A stretch of DNA of 64,000 nt from positions 71 to 64,070 of the forward strand of contig PAPY01000031.1 in assembly GCA_002709565.1 (NCBI GenBank), in the 5' to 3' direction. The stretch comes from Legionellales bacterium (lineage in GTDB: Bacteria; Pseudomonadota; Gammaproteobacteria; UBA1113). Below are positions 1-9,922 of this stretch, piece after piece (the first letter of the stretch is position 1; each line of letters begins with the position of its first letter). A model generated the notes under the pieces. That model had not been told where the DNA came from, ran no database searches, and worked only from the letters and a program-made list of their open reading frames with translations. The position numbers and the translations under genes are program-made.

Positions 1-758
1 TAACCGGTGCAGGTTCGGGTATAGGTCGTGCCTTGAGTGTATTAATGGCAGAAAATGACCATACTGTCATCGCTATTGGCCGCCGCGAGCAACCCTTGCA
101 GCAACTCAAGAACCATTATCCTAAGCGGGTACAAATCATTCCCGCAGATGTCAGTAAACCAGAAAATCGCGATGCTATTGCTAGTGTTATTAGTAAATAT
201 TCCAATATTGATTATCTCGTTCATAATGCCGGCGTGTTGGAACCAGTGGCGGAATTACGAGATGTTGATTTACATGACTGGCGAGCCCATATGGCTATCA
301 ATGTTGAAGCGCCTTTATTTTTGACTCAAGCCTTGCTGCCACAGTTAGCAGGCGGGCGCATTTTGCATATTTCCAGTGGTGCAGCCCACCGCCCTATTCA
401 TGGTTGGGGTGCGTATTGCACATCAAAGGCTGCTTTTTATATGTTGTTTCAATGTTTGCGGGAAGAATTGCAGAGCTTTAATATCGGTATTGGCAGTGTG
501 CGCCCAGGCGTAGTAGACACACCTATCCAAGACAGAATTCGTCAACTTGATGAAGCGGTTTTTCCCGCGCTGAAAGATTTTCAAGATCTCAAAGAATACA
601 ATAAGCTTATTCCGCCCGCGACCTGTGCTTTGTTTCTCTATTGGATCTTAACCATGACTGATGCTGAGAATTTTACCCGAGAAGAGTGGGATATCTATGA
701 TACCAGTCATCACCATCATTGGTTAGATGGCCAGGATATGGTAGATATTAGCCGATAA
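1..758 (+). CDS. Short-chain dehydrogenase/reductase (SDR) family oxidoreductase, 5'-partial: the gene starts before the window and the Rossmann TGAGSGIGRA motif is at nt 1-30
   Basis: The translation begins mid-gene with the glycine-rich NAD(P)-binding motif (GAGSGIGRA) in frame with the 33..758 ORF. A catalytic YxxxK-like region is present (YCTSKAAFY). Overall SDR size and layout. Confidence 0.8.
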   Translation, partial: TGAGSGIGRALSVLMAENDHTVIAIGRREQPLQQLKNHYPKRVQIIPADVSKPENRDAIASVISKYSNIDYLVHNAGVLEPVAELRDVDLHDWRAHMAINVEAPLFLTQALLPQLAGGRILHISSGAAHRPIHGWGAYCTSKAAFYMLFQCLREELQSFNIGIGSVRPGVVDTPIQDRIRQLDEAVFPALKDFQDLKEYNKLIPPATCALFLYWILTMTDAENFTREEWDIYDTSHHHHWLDGQDMVDISR

Positions 759-771
759 TCAAGGAGTCTAC

Positions 772-1533
772 GTGGATTTTACCTTAAGCAAATACCAACG
801 ATTACTCGAAGCTTGCCAGGCGACAAAGCATGACATTATCACCATGCAGGTTTTTTTTGAATGTCAGCAGCCAGCAACAAATACCATTATTTTGCGTCAT
901 GATGTTGATAGACGCATTAAGAATGCACTCAACATGGCGCGCTTAGAAGCACGCTTAGGTGTCAAAGCAACTTACTATTTTCGAGTGCCATATACTTTCA
1001 AGCCAACGTTAGTTGAAGAAATTGCAAATCTAGGCCACGAAGTGGGATTCCATTATGAAACCCTGGCAAAAACCAAAGGTGATGTGAAGGCAGCCCATGC
1101 TTTGTTTAATGCAGAGCTAGAACAGTTGCGCAGTATTGTTGATATCAAAACTATTTGCATGCACGGTAGTCCTTTGTCACCCTACGATAATCGGGATTTG
1201 TGGCAGGAGTATGATTTTAAAGCGCTAGGGATCATTGGCGAGCCCTATCTATCCATCGATTATGACAAAGTTGCCTATGTGACCGATACGGGTCGTTCTT
1301 GGGGCAGTGATGCGACGAATTTGCGAGACAGAGTAACCACGTCCCAAGCACTCGCACCTGCTATGGGGACAACCGAAGAACTGATTAATTTTGTCGGCAC
1401 CAACCAGCATTCATTGATTATTCAAACCCACCCTGAGCGCTGGGCATATTCGTTGCCAAGTCTCGCGGTCTCTTATGGTCATGATTTTGCGACAAATTGT
1501 GCCAAAAGGCTGATTCGCTTAATGCGCAAATAA
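772..1533 (+). CDS. Hypothetical protein, possibly a NodB-fold polysaccharide deacetylase-like enzyme
   Basis: 253 aa with RHDVD and HGSP motifs reminiscent of divergent polysaccharide deacetylases. It sits at the head of a glycan-modification cluster. Assignment is by motif impression only. Confidence 0.35.
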   Translation: MDFTLSKYQRLLEACQATKHDIITMQVFFECQQPATNTIILRHDVDRRIKNALNMARLEARLGVKATYYFRVPYTFKPTLVEEIANLGHEVGFHYETLAKTKGDVKAAHALFNAELEQLRSIVDIKTICMHGSPLSPYDNRDLWQEYDFKALGIIGEPYLSIDYDKVAYVTDTGRSWGSDATNLRDRVTTSQALAPAMGTTEELINFVGTNQHSLIIQTHPERWAYSLPSLAVSYGHDFATNCAKRLIRLMRK

Positions 1534-1648
1534 TAGCATATTGAGGTTGTACTAGGTAGGATAACTATGTGCAATATGGTACCATCTGGCTCCGAAAAAC
1601 CGATTAATGTGGCCAGTATTTGTCCACCCCAAAAGAGTGAGCATATTT

Positions 1649-2386
1649 ATGTCAAATAGCCAGGATTGTGGTATTGAACGTGGCCAACTCCCAGCAATCA
1701 GCCTTGATTTAGAAGCAAGCCAGCCACAGGACATTCTAGGTTGGGCAACGGGGCAGTTCGGTGCGGACTTAATAATGGCAACGTCCTACGGTTTGGAAGG
1801 CATGGTCATTATTCATATGCTCCATGAGCTCAAGGCTAACTTAACCATTATCAACCTGGATACCGGTTATCAGTTCCCTGAAACCTTGCGTATGCAAGAA
1901 GCGATCAAAGACACCTATGGCTTTGATATCACCTTAGTCAAAGCATCAACAACCACCGAAGAGTATGAAGCCAAGTACGGCGGCAAAGTCTATGAGATGG
2001 ATCCTAATCAATGTTGTTTCGATAGGAAAGTACGTCCGTTGCAGAATGCCCTTGCTGGTAAACCTGCCTGGATAAGCAGTATTCGCCGCGAACAAACTCC
2101 CCAGCGAGCAGCAGCAGGCATTGTTGAGTGGGATGATAAATTTAATCTCATCAAAATTAATCCTCTGGCCAATTGGACATTGGAGCAAGTGAATAGTTTT
2201 ATCAACGACAATAAGATCCCCACTCACCCATTGTATCAGCGCGGTTTTAAAAGTATTGGCTGTTGGCCTTGTACCCGTGCGGTTGAAGCCGATGAAGCTG
2301 AGCGTGCAGGACGTTGGAGTGGCTTTGAGAAACTAGAGTGTGGTTTACACACACGCGCAACGGAAAAGAGTGATGAACATGTTTGA
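1649..2386 (+). CDS. cysH: Phosphoadenosine phosphosulfate (PAPS) reductase, CysH-type (thioredoxin-dependent)
   Basis: PAPS-reductase fold motifs are present. The C-terminal ECGLH motif is characteristic of CysH. The likely start is Met at 1649 (MSNSQDCG...); the ORF track extends to 1607. Confidence 0.8.
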   Translation: MSNSQDCGIERGQLPAISLDLEASQPQDILGWATGQFGADLIMATSYGLEGMVIIHMLHELKANLTIINLDTGYQFPETLRMQEAIKDTYGFDITLVKASTTTEEYEAKYGGKVYEMDPNQCCFDRKVRPLQNALAGKPAWISSIRREQTPQRAAAGIVEWDDKFNLIKINPLANWTLEQVNSFINDNKIPTHPLYQRGFKSIGCWPCTRAVEADEAERAGRWSGFEKLECGLHTRATEKSDEHV

Positions 2387-3158
2387 TTTTTTAGAGTTAC
2401 CATCCCGCGACATCAAACCCCGCAGCAAAGGGTTAACCGTACTCATCGATAATGGCTATAGTACCGAGTTTTATCAAGATGTCATTATCAGCCATGGTCA
2501 ACTCATCGATTATATTAAATTTGGCTGGTGTACGAGTTATATCACTAGAGATTTCGATAAAAAAATACAACTGGCGAAAGATGCAGGTATTGATGTCTTT
2601 TTGGGAGGGACTTTTTTTGAAAAAGCCTATTCGCAAAAAAAATTAGATAACCTTCTAAAGGTGATTGATAGCTATGCCATTACCACAATCGAGATTTCAA
2701 ATGGCACTATTCCAATCTCGAATCAAGAAAAAGCCAGTGTTATTCAACAATTAGCTGGAGACTACCAGGTGTTCAGTGAAGTTGGTTATAAAGAATGCCA
2801 GAGTTCAGAACAACTAACGGCTGCTGAATGGATTGAATACATAAAAGAAGACTTGAATGCGGGTGCTGTCAAAGTCATTACTGAAGCTCGGGAGTCAGGT
2901 AAGAGTGGGCTTTGTGATGCCGAAGGCAATTTAAAGACAGATTTTATTGACGATATTCTTATGTCTGGCATTACCAGTGAACAATTGATCTTTGAAGCAC
3001 CCAATAAAGCTTTACAGCACTATTTTATAGCGCTTATAGGCAGTAATGTTAATTTAGCGAATATCGCGTTTCAAGATATTATCCCATTAGAAACATTGCG
3101 GCTAGGTTTGCGCAGCGATACCTTATTGCAATTTGATAACAAAGGAGAGAACTCATGA
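2376..3158 (+). CDS. (2R)-phospho-3-sulfolactate synthase (ComA family) homolog, which condenses sulfite with PEP
   Basis: The N-terminal region MFDFLELPSRDIKPRSKGLTVLIDNGYS matches the conserved ComA/PF02679 start (FxFLxLPxRxxKPRxxGLTxxIDKG). Size is about 260 aa. It lies immediately downstream of cysH with a 4-bp-type overlap zone. Confidence 0.7.
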   Translation, partial: NMFDFLELPSRDIKPRSKGLTVLIDNGYSTEFYQDVIISHGQLIDYIKFGWCTSYITRDFDKKIQLAKDAGIDVFLGGTFFEKAYSQKKLDNLLKVIDSYAITTIEISNGTIPISNQEKASVIQQLAGDYQVFSEVGYKECQSSEQLTAAEWIEYIKEDLNAGAVKVITEARESGKSGLCDAEGNLKTDFIDDILMSGITSEQLIFEAPNKALQHYFIALIGSNVNLANIAFQDIIPLETLRLGLRSDTLLQFDNKGENS

Positions 3159-3556
3159 GAAAAACCAGCCAAGTGTTTCATTTAGCCATACCCTGTGCGG
3201 ATTTAGATAAGGCAAAAGAATTTTATGTTGATCAATTAGGTTGTGAATTAGCCCGGCGCTATGATGATAGGATTACACTGAATTTTTTTGGTGACCAGGT
3301 TGTTTGCCACTTGGCGCCAGATCAAATTGATGAAGCACCAAAGATGTATCCTCGGCATTTTGGCATAACTTTTGCTGACAAAGATGATTTTGAGGAATTA
3401 CTTGCAAATGCGAAGAGTAATGATGCTACTTTTTTTAAAGATGATTTTGTGCGTTTTGAAGGGCGGCAAGAAGAACATCGGACTTTCTTTTTGATAGACC
3501 CTTCAAATAATTTGCTGGAATTCAAATATTATAACGATACGACCATGATGTACTGA
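3155..3556 (+). CDS. VOC (glyoxalase/bleomycin-resistance/dioxygenase) family protein
   Basis: 133 aa beta-alpha-beta-beta-beta module typical of VOC proteins (HLAIPCADLDKAKEFY...). Its start overlaps the stop of the upstream gene (ATGA). Confidence 0.55.
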   Translation: MRKTSQVFHLAIPCADLDKAKEFYVDQLGCELARRYDDRITLNFFGDQVVCHLAPDQIDEAPKMYPRHFGITFADKDDFEELLANAKSNDATFFKDDFVRFEGRQEEHRTFFLIDPSNNLLEFKYYNDTTMMY

Positions 3557-3578
3557 GGTGATACATTTGAATATTGTG

Positions 3579-4112
3579 ATGATAAGACATTTGCCGACCC
3601 AATGGAATATGAAAGGTGTGCTACAGGGCAGCAAAGATATTGCCTTAGCAGAGATTTCATCTGAGTCAAAGGAACAGATAATTGCCAACAAAAAACAGCT
3701 AGCAGATAAGTACGGTGATTTCGAACATGTCTTTGCTAGCGCGCTAGTAAGAACGCAACAAACTGCGCGTGCTTATGACTATGAAGCACCAACGATTGAG
3801 CCTTTACTAAATGAACTAAATTTTGGTGCGTTTGAAGGCCGTAAAAAATCAGAGCTTATTGCTGCACATAGCGATAGCTGGTTTGATTCTCCAGAGTCTA
3901 TCGTGTTAGGAGAGCCACTAGTTGCACTAAAGCAAAGAGTGAATGATTTCTTTCAAAAGTATGGTAACTGCGAACAGATGCTGGTATTTGGCCATGGCAA
4001 CTGGATCCGCAGTGCCATGTCGTTAGCACAGAATAATAATCTTAACTTACTGAATAAAATTCATTTGGACAACAATCAGATAGTCGAATTAGCATGGGAT
4101 AGTAAAAGATAA
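3579..4112 (+). CDS. Histidine phosphatase family protein (phosphoglycerate-mutase-like), a candidate phosphosulfolactate phosphatase
   Basis: N-terminal catalytic RH motif in MIRHLPTQWN (the RHGxTxWN signature). Size is about 180 aa. The functional role is inferred from neighbours. Confidence 0.6.
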   Translation: MIRHLPTQWNMKGVLQGSKDIALAEISSESKEQIIANKKQLADKYGDFEHVFASALVRTQQTARAYDYEAPTIEPLLNELNFGAFEGRKKSELIAAHSDSWFDSPESIVLGEPLVALKQRVNDFFQKYGNCEQMLVFGHGNWIRSAMSLAQNNNLNLLNKIHLDNNQIVELAWDSKR

Positions 4113-4753
4113 TGTTTGGTAAATATAACATCAACAATGTGTTAGTGTTAGCGCCACATACCGATGATGGTGAGATTGGCTGTGGCGGACTAATTGCTTT
4201 AGCCATTGAGCAAGGACTTAATGTTCATTATGTGGCGTTTTCGAGTGCACAAATCTCACTGCCTGAGGGTGCGCCTAGAGATACGCTAATTAAAGAAGTT
4301 AAAGCAGCCACAGAAGTATTAGGTATCCTCCAGGAAAATTTAATATTGTTTGATTATCCAACACGACGTATGGCGGAGTTTAGACAAGATATTCTTGATG
4401 ATATGATCACCATCCGAGAGCAAATCAAACCAGACTTGATATTGACACCATCTCTTCATGATATCCATCAAGACCATCAAACTATTGCTAACGAGACATT
4501 GCGTTGTTTTAAACGCCAGTCAATTCTCTGTTATGAAGAGCCATGGAATAACATTTCTTTTGCCACGCAATGCTTTGTTAAACTAGATAAGCATCATATC
4601 GATAAAAAAGTCCAGGCCTTACTGTGTTATGAATCGCAGATGCGCAGAACCTACCTTAATGAAGAAAGTATTCGTGCTCTTGCATTAACTCGTGGTACGC
4701 AGCTGGAGGGTGGTTATGCCGAAGCATTTGAAGTTGTGAGATGGATGATTTGA
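4112..4753 (+). CDS. PIG-L/LmbE family N-acetylglucosaminyl deacetylase
   Basis: Diagnostic motif LVLAPHTDDGEIGCGG near the N-terminus (PIG-L family metal-binding HxDD). Size is about 210 aa. Confidence 0.8.
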   Translation: MFGKYNINNVLVLAPHTDDGEIGCGGLIALAIEQGLNVHYVAFSSAQISLPEGAPRDTLIKEVKAATEVLGILQENLILFDYPTRRMAEFRQDILDDMITIREQIKPDLILTPSLHDIHQDHQTIANETLRCFKRQSILCYEEPWNNISFATQCFVKLDKHHIDKKVQALLCYESQMRRTYLNEESIRALALTRGTQLEGGYAEAFEVVRWMI

Positions 4754-5820
4754 TGACAATCTTAAAGCCGATTAATGTTCTTTTAACGGCGGCAGGTTGT
4801 CCTGGCGCATCAACCTGTATTCGTTACCTAAAGTCCATTGCAGAACGTCAAGTTCGAGTCATTGGCGTTGATGCTGAGAAAGAATCCATCGGTCAATTCT
4901 TGGCTGATGGATTTTATCAAATTCCCTCTGCTGAGGATAATGCATATATAGATAGTTTGCTGACTGTCTGTGATCAAGAAAACATTGATTGTCTGGTAGT
5001 GAGTTCAAGTTTTGAAATAGAAGTCATTGCAAAGGCAAAGACGCTATTCGAAGAACAAGGCATTAAAGTGTTAGCGTCTGAACCAGCAGCGCTTGCTATT
5101 GCCAACAACAAGCAGGCAATCTACGAAGCATTCCAAGATAGCGCTATTGTAAAGATCCCCGAGTTTCGGGTAGTGAGTAGTCTTGAAATGTTCATCGAGG
5201 CGTGTCAGGCCATGGGGTATCCAAATAGGGAGCTCTGCTTCAAACCACCACAATCCAAAGGCAGTCGCGGGTTTAGAATTTTAACCGAAACTATCTCACG
5301 AAGAGAACTATTGCTTAATTATAAGCCAGAATCAAAATACATATCGTTACAAGAGTTCACTGAAATTTTTAACAAGGAAGAAGAATTTCCAACACTTGTT
5401 ATCATGGAAGTGCTCGAGGGTGAAGAGATTGATAGTATGGTGATTGCAGATGCTGGAGAGCCTTTGTTGATTACCCACAAAACCCGCGAAAAAGCCCGCG
5501 GCGGCGTGATTACTAATGGTGGACATTGTGAACGCCCTGAGCTGGATAAAGTAATTCGCGAAATCTTACAACATGTCAAATTGTCCTATAATGTGGGTTT
5601 TCAATTCATTGATGGCTATTTACTTGAAATTAATCCACGCTTATCGAGTTTTATCTATACCCGGGATTGGGTAGAGCCGTATTTTGCTATCAAACTTGCA
5701 TTAGGTGAATTTAATCATGCTGATATCAAAAAATTACAGCAACATGTACCTTTAGAGCTGCGTATGCTTAGGTATTTTGACCAAGTTTTTTATGATAAAA
5801 ACCAAATAACTGAGAATTGA
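4741..5820 (+). CDS. ATP-grasp domain ligase (carboxylate-amine ligase type)
   Basis: 359 aa with an ATP-grasp-like central/C-terminal region (ExNPR-type motif LLEINPRLSS). It overlaps the upstream LmbE gene, which suggests translational coupling. Confidence 0.55.
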   Translation: MDDLMTILKPINVLLTAAGCPGASTCIRYLKSIAERQVRVIGVDAEKESIGQFLADGFYQIPSAEDNAYIDSLLTVCDQENIDCLVVSSSFEIEVIAKAKTLFEEQGIKVLASEPAALAIANNKQAIYEAFQDSAIVKIPEFRVVSSLEMFIEACQAMGYPNRELCFKPPQSKGSRGFRILTETISRRELLLNYKPESKYISLQEFTEIFNKEEEFPTLVIMEVLEGEEIDSMVIADAGEPLLITHKTREKARGGVITNGGHCERPELDKVIREILQHVKLSYNVGFQFIDGYLLEINPRLSSFIYTRDWVEPYFAIKLALGEFNHADIKKLQQHVPLELRMLRYFDQVFYDKNQITEN

Positions 5821-5821
5821 T

Positions 5822-7636
5822 ATGTGTGGCATCGTAGGCATTAGTGCAAAAACCAATAACGATTACTCAGATACAATTCGAGCTTTACTGAGCAAGATCA
5901 AACACCGAGGCCCTGAAAGTGAAGGTGTTTTCCAAAAGGGTACCGTTTGGCTCGGCCATCGTCGCTTAAAGATTATCGACATCTCTGACCGCTCAAACCA
6001 GCCACTGGTAACAACCTGTGGCCGATATACGATTAGTTACAATGGTGAGATTTACAATCATCATGAGCTGCGTGATGAACTCATTGGCTTAGGACATCAG
6101 TTTGTCACAACGTCTGATACAGAGGTTATCTTGCTTGCCTATAAGCAATGGGGCAGTGACTGTGTCGAACGGTTCAATGGCATTTGGGCTTTTGCTATTT
6201 TTGATGCGGAATCAAACCAACTGTTTATCTCACGTGACCGTTTTGGAGTGAAGCCGCTCTATTATATCGAGACCAGTGAGTGTTATGCCTTTGCTTCAGA
6301 GATAAAAGCGTTACTGCCACTCCTCAAACAGGTTAAAGCCAGTGCCAAACGGGTAGCGAGCTTTCTAGTTTATGGCGAATGTGAGGATGCCGAGTCGACT
6401 TTTTTTGCGGATATTCATAAGCTGCCTGGTGGGTGTAATCTTCGCTATAATACAGCCACTCAACAAGCCACGATTACTACTTATTATGATATCAAAAGCC
6501 AGCCATTAGATGTTGATCCCCAGGAAGCGCTCGCTAAGGCTAAAGCATTACTGCAATCAAGCATCGATTATCAACGTGTTGCTGATGTGCCGGTTGCGGT
6601 ATCACTGAGTGGCGGCCTAGACAGCTCTGTTATTACCAAATTAGTACTCGATCATTCTACGGCACCATTTACTGCATTCACGGCAATTTCAGAAGACTCA
6701 AATAACAGTGAGCTGCCCTATGCAGAGAAAGTTGCAGATGATACGAAAATAGATTGGGTTAAAATCACACCTAATTATGATGATGTGGTACGAGAACTTC
6801 CCAACGTTGTACATGCTCAAGAAGAACCCTTTAGTACGCCGTCTATCATCATGCAGTATTTTTTGATGAAGCGTGTGCATGAGTCTGGCATTAAGGTTGT
6901 GCTTGATGGCCAAGGGGCTGATGAAGTCTTCCTTGGCTATGAACGTTACATTGTCTTGGAAGTCTTGCGTTTACTGCGAACGAGCCAAGCTATTTCATCT
7001 TTCAGTGATCTACGTCTATGCTTGGCAAATAATGATAAACTGTCAATAAAACGGCTCGCTTATTATACGGCAGGTAGCCTGTTCCCTAAATTACGCCAGC
7101 GCTATATGAATATGCGAGCCAAATACCTCAATACTAAAGGGATCCAGAAGCCAGATTATCTGTATCACTATGCAATGAGTAGCAAGAGATCATGCTTTGA
7201 ACTGCAAAAACTAGAACTCATGGCAACGAATTTGCCGGCCCTATTACGTTTTGCTGACAAGAATTCGATGGCATTCTCTGTAGAAGACCGAGTGCCCTAT
7301 TTGGACCATCGTTTGGTGGAATTGTGTTTATCATTACCACAAAACGTAAAGCTACGTCATGGTTGGACTAAATGGCTGCTGCGAGCAATGTTTGATAAGC
7401 AACTTCCCGATGGCATCATTTGGCGCAAGAATAAAATAGCCTATGAAGCACCCGAGCGTATTTGGCTTAAGCAACTACGACCAGCAATGTACGCGGCGGT
7501 GATGGAATCGCCATTACTGGACGATTATTGTGATAAAGGTAAACTGACGAAGCAAGGCCATAAAGTCGATGATAGACAATTATGGCGTCTGTATTCAGTG
7601 GCACTGTGGGAAAAGGAGTTTTTATCCAATGCCTAA
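5822..7636 (+). CDS. Asparagine synthetase (glutamine-hydrolysing) family amidotransferase (AsnB/WbpS-like)
   Basis: N-terminal MCGIVG Ntn-Cys. SGGLDSS PP-loop motif. 604 aa. Confidence 0.85.
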   Translation: MCGIVGISAKTNNDYSDTIRALLSKIKHRGPESEGVFQKGTVWLGHRRLKIIDISDRSNQPLVTTCGRYTISYNGEIYNHHELRDELIGLGHQFVTTSDTEVILLAYKQWGSDCVERFNGIWAFAIFDAESNQLFISRDRFGVKPLYYIETSECYAFASEIKALLPLLKQVKASAKRVASFLVYGECEDAESTFFADIHKLPGGCNLRYNTATQQATITTYYDIKSQPLDVDPQEALAKAKALLQSSIDYQRVADVPVAVSLSGGLDSSVITKLVLDHSTAPFTAFTAISEDSNNSELPYAEKVADDTKIDWVKITPNYDDVVRELPNVVHAQEEPFSTPSIIMQYFLMKRVHESGIKVVLDGQGADEVFLGYERYIVLEVLRLLRTSQAISSFSDLRLCLANNDKLSIKRLAYYTAGSLFPKLRQRYMNMRAKYLNTKGIQKPDYLYHYAMSSKRSCFELQKLELMATNLPALLRFADKNSMAFSVEDRVPYLDHRLVELCLSLPQNVKLRHGWTKWLLRAMFDKQLPDGIIWRKNKIAYEAPERIWLKQLRPAMYAAVMESPLLDDYCDKGKLTKQGHKVDDRQLWRLYSVALWEKEFLSNA

Positions 7637-8753
7637 GATATGCCACTTTAGTTCCAGTCACCGGCCTGATGATACAAGAGTCGCTCATAAAGAAGTGAAC
7701 TCACTGAGCCAATATTTTGATGATGTGACGTTGGTAACACATCACCACGAAAAGCTTACAAAAATATTTCCTTCAATACACTATGTTGATACCGGCGTGT
7801 CTATGCCCCAGAAACGTTGGCAGCGTATAACTATTGGCGCATGGCGAGTTTATCGAGCAGCAGTAAAAGTCAATGCTGATATTTATCACTTCCATGATCC
7901 TGAATTGCTCCCCTATGTCATTGCTTTGCGCTTAAGACGGAAAAAAGTGATTTATGATGTCCATGAGGATTTAGCCAAAGATATTCGCTCCAAAGTATGG
8001 ATCCCTAAAGTTTTTCGCTCAATTATTGCGACAATGGTTGATTTAGTCGAAAAGACTTTATCACGCTTTTGCAGCGCAGTGGTGCCTGCTTGTGAGCCGA
8101 TGACGGAAATATTCTATCCTTACAATAAAAATACCATCGCAATCAATAATTATCCGGAGTTGGCACTTTATCCAAGCCAACCAGGGCTCAAAAAACGACA
8201 AGCTTGTTATCTAGGCACTATTACTCGAACTCGGGGTATCAAGCAGGCCATTGAGGCATGTCATCGCGCGAATATTAAATTGGTGCTAGGTGGAAATTTT
8301 CATGACGAGATATTATTTGCTGAGTGCAAAGCAATGCCGGGGTGGGAGAATGTTGAGTGGCTAGGCTATATCCCCCATGATCAAGCAATCGCGATTATCA
8401 GCCAATCTTTAGTAGGTCTATTGCTGCAAACATTTACCCAGCACTACCAACCCATTAAGCTATACGAGTATATGGCGTCAGGTATTCCAGTCATAGCATC
8501 TGATTATCAACAATGGATAGATATTGTCGAAAAAAATAAGCTCGGTTTTTGTGTTGATCCCCATAGCATTGATTCAATATGTGAAGCACTTAATCAATTA
8601 TTAGCTGATGAAAGTATGGCTCAACAAATGGGTGCTCAGGCTAAAGATTATGTTAGCCAGCATTATAGCTGGGAACAAGAAGCACAAAAACTCTACAAGT
8701 TATATGAAAGTTTAGCCAGTCCGCAAGCACAATCAGTTAGGAGTAAAACGTGA
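7629..8753 (+). CDS. Glycosyltransferase family 4 (GT-B, GT1-like)
   Basis: C-terminal EYMASGIPVIASD motif (the EX7E region of retaining GT4 enzymes). About 375 aa from Met at 7629; the ORF track starts at 7569 but overlaps the upstream stop. Confidence 0.8.
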   Translation: MPKICHFSSSHRPDDTRVAHKEVNSLSQYFDDVTLVTHHHEKLTKIFPSIHYVDTGVSMPQKRWQRITIGAWRVYRAAVKVNADIYHFHDPELLPYVIALRLRRKKVIYDVHEDLAKDIRSKVWIPKVFRSIIATMVDLVEKTLSRFCSAVVPACEPMTEIFYPYNKNTIAINNYPELALYPSQPGLKKRQACYLGTITRTRGIKQAIEACHRANIKLVLGGNFHDEILFAECKAMPGWENVEWLGYIPHDQAIAIISQSLVGLLLQTFTQHYQPIKLYEYMASGIPVIASDYQQWIDIVEKNKLGFCVDPHSIDSICEALNQLLADESMAQQMGAQAKDYVSQHYSWEQEAQKLYKLYESLASPQAQSVRSKT

Positions 8754-9916
8754 AAATATTGATTTTAAATTGTTTCAGTCGTAATGCATTGGCTGTCATC
8801 AATAGCCTCGATAAGTCTTATGAACTTATTGGTGCCCATACTCGAAAACGCGGCGTTATTAAACCTAACAAACTTTTAGCCAGCAAACGCTTGGCAAAAC
8901 TAGTCACCTATGAGCATCCAAACCAAAATAGTGAATCATTTAAGAATGATATTATTAGGGTCATCAATGAAAATAGTATTGACGCTGTGATTGCCACGGG
9001 CACAAGTACTACCAACTATCTCTCATTTAATAAAGACGCGATTGAATCAGCAACTTCTGCCAAGGCATTGGTTGAAAAGTATGAAATATTTTCCAAGTTA
9101 ACCGATAAATGGCATACCTATCAACTCTGTGAAGAGATTGGTCTTCCAGTGCCAAAGTCAATTTTATTAAAAGATGATGAAACGACTCGGCAACAAATTG
9201 CCAAACTTACGTTTCCTGTGGTGGCGAAACCACGGATATCATTTGCCTCTCATGGTGTCTGTTTCTTCGATACTTATGATGAGTTAATCGCTAATATCGA
9301 CAAGTTAACGGGCTACGCTGCCATTGATGGCACGGAGCAACCCTCTTATATGGTGCAAGAGCGTATTACCGGAACATTGCATGATGTTTGTTTGTCTGCT
9401 AAGAATGGTGATGTTTCAATGTTAATGACACAACAGCGGGTGATGACCCTGCATGATTTTGGCGGTGGTGGCATCATCAACTTAACCACCAATGAGCCTG
9501 AAATGGCAGGATTAGCAACCCAATTGATCAAAGCAACACATTGGAATGGACTCGCTCTGTTTGATTTTGTTAAAACCCCTGATGGCAAATACTATCTACT
9601 TGAGATCAATCCAAAAGTATGGGGCACGACCTATTTAACGACAGTTGCTGGGCTTAATATGGTGCAGAATATTTTTGACATATTTGTCCTTGATAAACCG
9701 GTTAGTTTTAATAACCAGTACAGTGAGAATGTCTTATACCGCTGGTTATTCCCTGAGTGTTTTGCTGCCTGGACATTACCACCGCGTAACCCTAAAGCCA
9801 TTGTTAAGCGCGTGCATAAGACTTTTTCTAGGCATGGGGCGAGCCAAGTCAACAGTAATATCAAGCTCTCTGATCTACGGCATTTGCTGGGAACAGTATT
9901 AGAAAAAGGCGGTTAG
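8750..9916 (+). CDS. ATP-grasp domain protein (second copy)
   Basis: 388 aa. ATP-grasp-like motifs (LLEINPKVWG). It overlaps the upstream GT4 stop (ATGA-type coupling). Confidence 0.55.
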   Translation: MKILILNCFSRNALAVINSLDKSYELIGAHTRKRGVIKPNKLLASKRLAKLVTYEHPNQNSESFKNDIIRVINENSIDAVIATGTSTTNYLSFNKDAIESATSAKALVEKYEIFSKLTDKWHTYQLCEEIGLPVPKSILLKDDETTRQQIAKLTFPVVAKPRISFASHGVCFFDTYDELIANIDKLTGYAAIDGTEQPSYMVQERITGTLHDVCLSAKNGDVSMLMTQQRVMTLHDFGGGGIINLTTNEPEMAGLATQLIKATHWNGLALFDFVKTPDGKYYLLEINPKVWGTTYLTTVAGLNMVQNIFDIFVLDKPVSFNNQYSENVLYRWLFPECFAAWTLPPRNPKAIVKRVHKTFSRHGASQVNSNIKLSDLRHLLGTVLEKGG

Positions 9917-9922
9917 ATATCA

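Noticed and set aside
42-324. Short ORFs (42..224 minus, 55..324 plus) overlapping the SDR gene
   Set aside because: They are alternative-frame or antisense ORFs inside a well-supported SDR reading frame. They have low-complexity, hydrophobic junk composition.
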